Made by a program: the position numbers and the translations under genes
The notes under the pieces: generated by a model
The model's input: the letters and a program-made list of their open reading frames with translations, nothing else
Databases searched by the model: none
Told to the model about the DNA's origin: nothing
Shown: piece by piece, positions 61,492-64,000 of the stretch
Layout of the letters: the number at the start of each line of letters is the position of its first letter
How positions within the stretch are numbered: position 1 is the stretch's first letter
Origin: Phyllosticta citribraziliensis
Taxonomy: Eukaryota
Assembly (NCBI RefSeq): GCF_038025025.1
Contig: NW_027117353.1
Location: forward strand, 434,001 to 498,000
Reading direction: 5' to 3'
DNA: 64,000 bases

Positions 61492-63320
61492 GCCAACACG
61501 ACGAACCTGCCGATAGACGACTTTTTTGCCCAATGAATGTTACCAATTGCAGGCCCGCGTGCGGAGCCCACCACTCCAGCCTCCTCATTGGATTTATTGT
61601 GGTGGAGTCGAGGAAGGAGGGCCGCCGGGTCGCCTTCCACCCCGAGCGTCTCTGTTTGTGGGCGCCGTTCGCCAACGAGGACGGGAGCGTCAAGTACCGC
61701 TACCGCCCCATGGGCTCACCTTTCTTGATCCTCGACCAGGATGGAGAGGTCTGCCTTGGGCTTCTGGACGGCACCATCATCCTCGGCGGCGATTTTTTCT
61801 ACGAACGCTGCTGCAACCTCAATGCCTCCGACGAGGACCCGAACGCCATATGTTCCTGGGTCATCGACAAGCAGACCGTTTCGGAGTACCCCATCACGCC
61901 CTACAAGGGTGTGACCGTCCCCAAAAGTGTCATCCTTTACGCATCCACTCCCGCCCGTCAGTACCTGACAGAGCAAAATGCCAACCTCAATGGACTGGTA
62001 TTGGCCCTCCGCATCCACGCCGCCCCGGAAATGCTCTACCATTACTTCAGAAGGCTCCGTGAGGAGCAGGGTGTTTTAAAGCTTTCCGACAGCAAGGACG
62101 CCGGCGCCTCGTGCGCGTTGCAGGCTTCGGCCGTTCAAGGGCAGGAGCTCTTCCTGGCGCAACAATTGCGCAGCGCTGAATGGTCCAGCTGGGAGGACGT
62201 GACTGCCAGGGGAGAGGGGAAGATGGCACAGCTCGACGCCGTCATCTCGTACATGCACGCGCCCTTCAAGGATAAGCTCGCCCCGATGCGTATGGCATAC
62301 CATGATGGAAGGCCCGTCTACAGTTTGATGATGGCCCAAGACTTCTACAAGAATGCGAGGATCTCTGACAAGCGCCGCCGCGATGTGTCCCTCAGCCCTG
62401 AGCCCTCCAACAAGGACGACCACACGGGACAGCAAGCCAAGCGGATTTGCACTTCTCCAACCCAGCTCCTGTCCACGGCGAAGGTACGGAAAAGGACCAG
62501 GCTTTCCTTAACCATGCCCAAGAACCCTTATGTGTCGACTTCGGATCCAGCCCATCCTCGAGGCAAACCGCCAGGACCCAACCCGTCCAACGCAGCTGAA
62601 GCGAAGACCACCCCCATGAAGCCACCCGCCCCCGTCAAGCCTAAGCCATTTAACGCGTATGTCCCCAAGCACGTCAAGGCGAAGACTACCATGCCCGGCC
62701 CCGTCAAGCCTGAAGTATCTAACGCGTATATCCCTAAGCACGTCGAGGCGAAGACCACCATGCCCGGCCCCGTCAAGCCTGAAGTATCTAACGCGTATAT
62801 CCCTAAGCACGTCGAGGCGAAGACCACCATGCCCGGCCCCGTCAAGCCTGAAGCATCCAATATGGAGCAGCGTCAGTTTCCCACAACCCACCCTGGTGGC
62901 AACCCCCTAGGGCTTGACCTGTCCACCGTGGAAACCACAAAGACTGCCGTCAACACCCCCACAAAGCCCAATGACGTTGCAAAGCCGACCGCTGCGGAAC
63001 AGCAGGAGGACCGAGCTCCCGAATTGGAGCGGCCCGCGCTATGGAGCTCACGGCGGCGCCTTTTCAAAACGAGCAAAACACCATCGGCGTCTGCGTCGTC
63101 CATGGTGGGAGATGTCGCCCAGCCCTCGTCAGGTCCAAGAAAGACTCGGAGTCTGTTTGATAGCCATGCCTCGTCGTCATTCCTGGCGGGTCTCGCCAAG
63201 AAGGAGGCTGATATGAACGAAAAGGCCAGAACAGATCAGGCGGCGACAGCCATCCCCAAGATAAGACGGACGCTTTTGAAGAAGGCCGGACTGCGCTCGG
63301 TGCTCTCCATCAAAAGCTAA
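61392..63320 (+). CDS. Hypothetical orphan protein (up to 642 aa; start uncertain) with a globular-looking N-half and 23-aa tandem repeats
   Basis: Long ORF with C-ending codon bias; the repeats preserve the frame. No family recognised. Confidence 0.6.
   Translation: MPARPRQRWTTPSFPPTGLPRRVGFTMGARHQAGQHDEPADRRLFCPMNVTNCRPACGAHHSSLLIGFIVVESRKEGRRVAFHPERLCLWAPFANEDGSVKYRYRPMGSPFLILDQDGEVCLGLLDGTIILGGDFFYERCCNLNASDEDPNAICSWVIDKQTVSEYPITPYKGVTVPKSVILYASTPARQYLTEQNANLNGLVLALRIHAAPEMLYHYFRRLREEQGVLKLSDSKDAGASCALQASAVQGQELFLAQQLRSAEWSSWEDVTARGEGKMAQLDAVISYMHAPFKDKLAPMRMAYHDGRPVYSLMMAQDFYKNARISDKRRRDVSLSPEPSNKDDHTGQQAKRICTSPTQLLSTAKVRKRTRLSLTMPKNPYVSTSDPAHPRGKPPGPNPSNAAEAKTTPMKPPAPVKPKPFNAYVPKHVKAKTTMPGPVKPEVSNAYIPKHVEAKTTMPGPVKPEVSNAYIPKHVEAKTTMPGPVKPEASNMEQRQFPTTHPGGNPLGLDLSTVETTKTAVNTPTKPNDVAKPTAAEQQEDRAPELERPALWSSRRRLFKTSKTPSASASSMVGDVAQPSSGPRKTRSLFDSHASSSFLAGLAKKEADMNEKARTDQAATAIPKIRRTLLKKAGLRSVLSIKS
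62600..62862 (+). repeat. 69-bp coding minisatellite (about 3.5 copies; MPGPVKPEVSNAYIPKHVEAKTT)
   Basis: ATGs of successive units at 62691, 62760 and 62829. Confidence 0.95.
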
Positions 63321-63411
63321 CCGACACGCTGCCCGATGGCAGCGCGATGAAGCAGCGCCCCCCAATACCTCCGCGTACTTCGTCCAGATTTGCCGTCTCC
63401 GGCTTGAAGTC

Positions 63412-63509
63412 GGGCGCCACCAATGTGCCTCGCTCCTCTCGGTCCATGCTCACCAACGAGGGCGCCACCAATGTGCCTCGCTTCTCTCAGTCCATGCTCA
63501 CCAACGAGG
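63412..63509. repeat. 48-bp tandem duplication (2 copies)
   Basis: GGGCGCCACCAATGTGCCTCGCT(C/T)CTCTC(G/A)GTCCATGCTCACCAACGA at 63412 and 63460. Confidence 0.9.
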
Positions 63510-64000
63510 ACAACAAGGAATAGAGCTCTCAGAAGCCAGTCCCCGCCCCAACCGAGCCAACTATGTCCAAGCAGGACCCAGCCAAGACCACCAAGTCCAA
63601 GCAGGACGAAGAGGCTACAATCGACCAGGGCGGCAAGACTGCCAGTGGTGACGAGAGGGTCGTGCCAGAAGCGACGTCTGCGCCTGATCCTGCTCCTCCC
63701 CAGGTCCATGATGGATTGATGCATGATGAAGTAAGATGGCGCGAAGCCGACAGACAAGCGCGCCTCGACTGAAGCAGTAAGTCGTCGTCCGGATAAGCTG
63801 CAGTCGTCCAGGCGAGCTGCAGCTGAAACGACGCGAGGAGACTGCTTGGTGTTGTTACACAAGACCACCGACAATGCAAGACCAGCCCACCCAGGGCGCC
63901 ACCAACATGCCTCGCCGGGACCCCAGCACCGACACTCAGTACGATATGATAGCGGCGAATGGCGTCGCGCGCGGTATTTCACCGTTGATCCTGGCAGTGC

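Noticed and set aside
56737..63509. CCAATGTGCC shared by the repeats at both ends of the island, as possible element termini
   Set aside because: Only 10 nt, with no TIR/LTR/TSD structure and no transposase or recombinase seen.

Overview
A 64-kb window of a GC-rich, intron-containing filamentous ascomycete genome; gene content suggests a Dothideomycete plant-associated fungus (inference). I rebuilt about 19 gene models by hand using GT..AG introns with CTRAC-type branch points. Housekeeping genes are BUD32, SFP1, DUS3, a TinA/Msd1-like spindle-pole protein and a HAD hydrolase. Secreted or carbohydrate-active genes are an Alt a 1-like small secreted protein, GH2, PL1 pectate lyase, a putatively GPI-anchored carboxylesterase, FAD-glucose dehydrogenase, class II peroxidase, GH18 chitinase with an inserted CBM18, and an expansin with a repeat stalk. 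There is also a membrane-anchored HET-like domain gene. The right end (about 56.7-63.5 kb) looks like a lineage-specific island: a DEDDh exonuclease broken by a +1 frameshift in an A8 run, a ZAP/PARP12-like tandem CCCH zinc-finger gene whose leader has four near-identical 57-59 nt introns, and a divergent repeat-containing orphan that shares a peptide motif with the CCCH protein. No rRNA, tRNA, CRISPR array or recognisable transposon ORF was found. All family assignments come from motif recognition; no database search was run.
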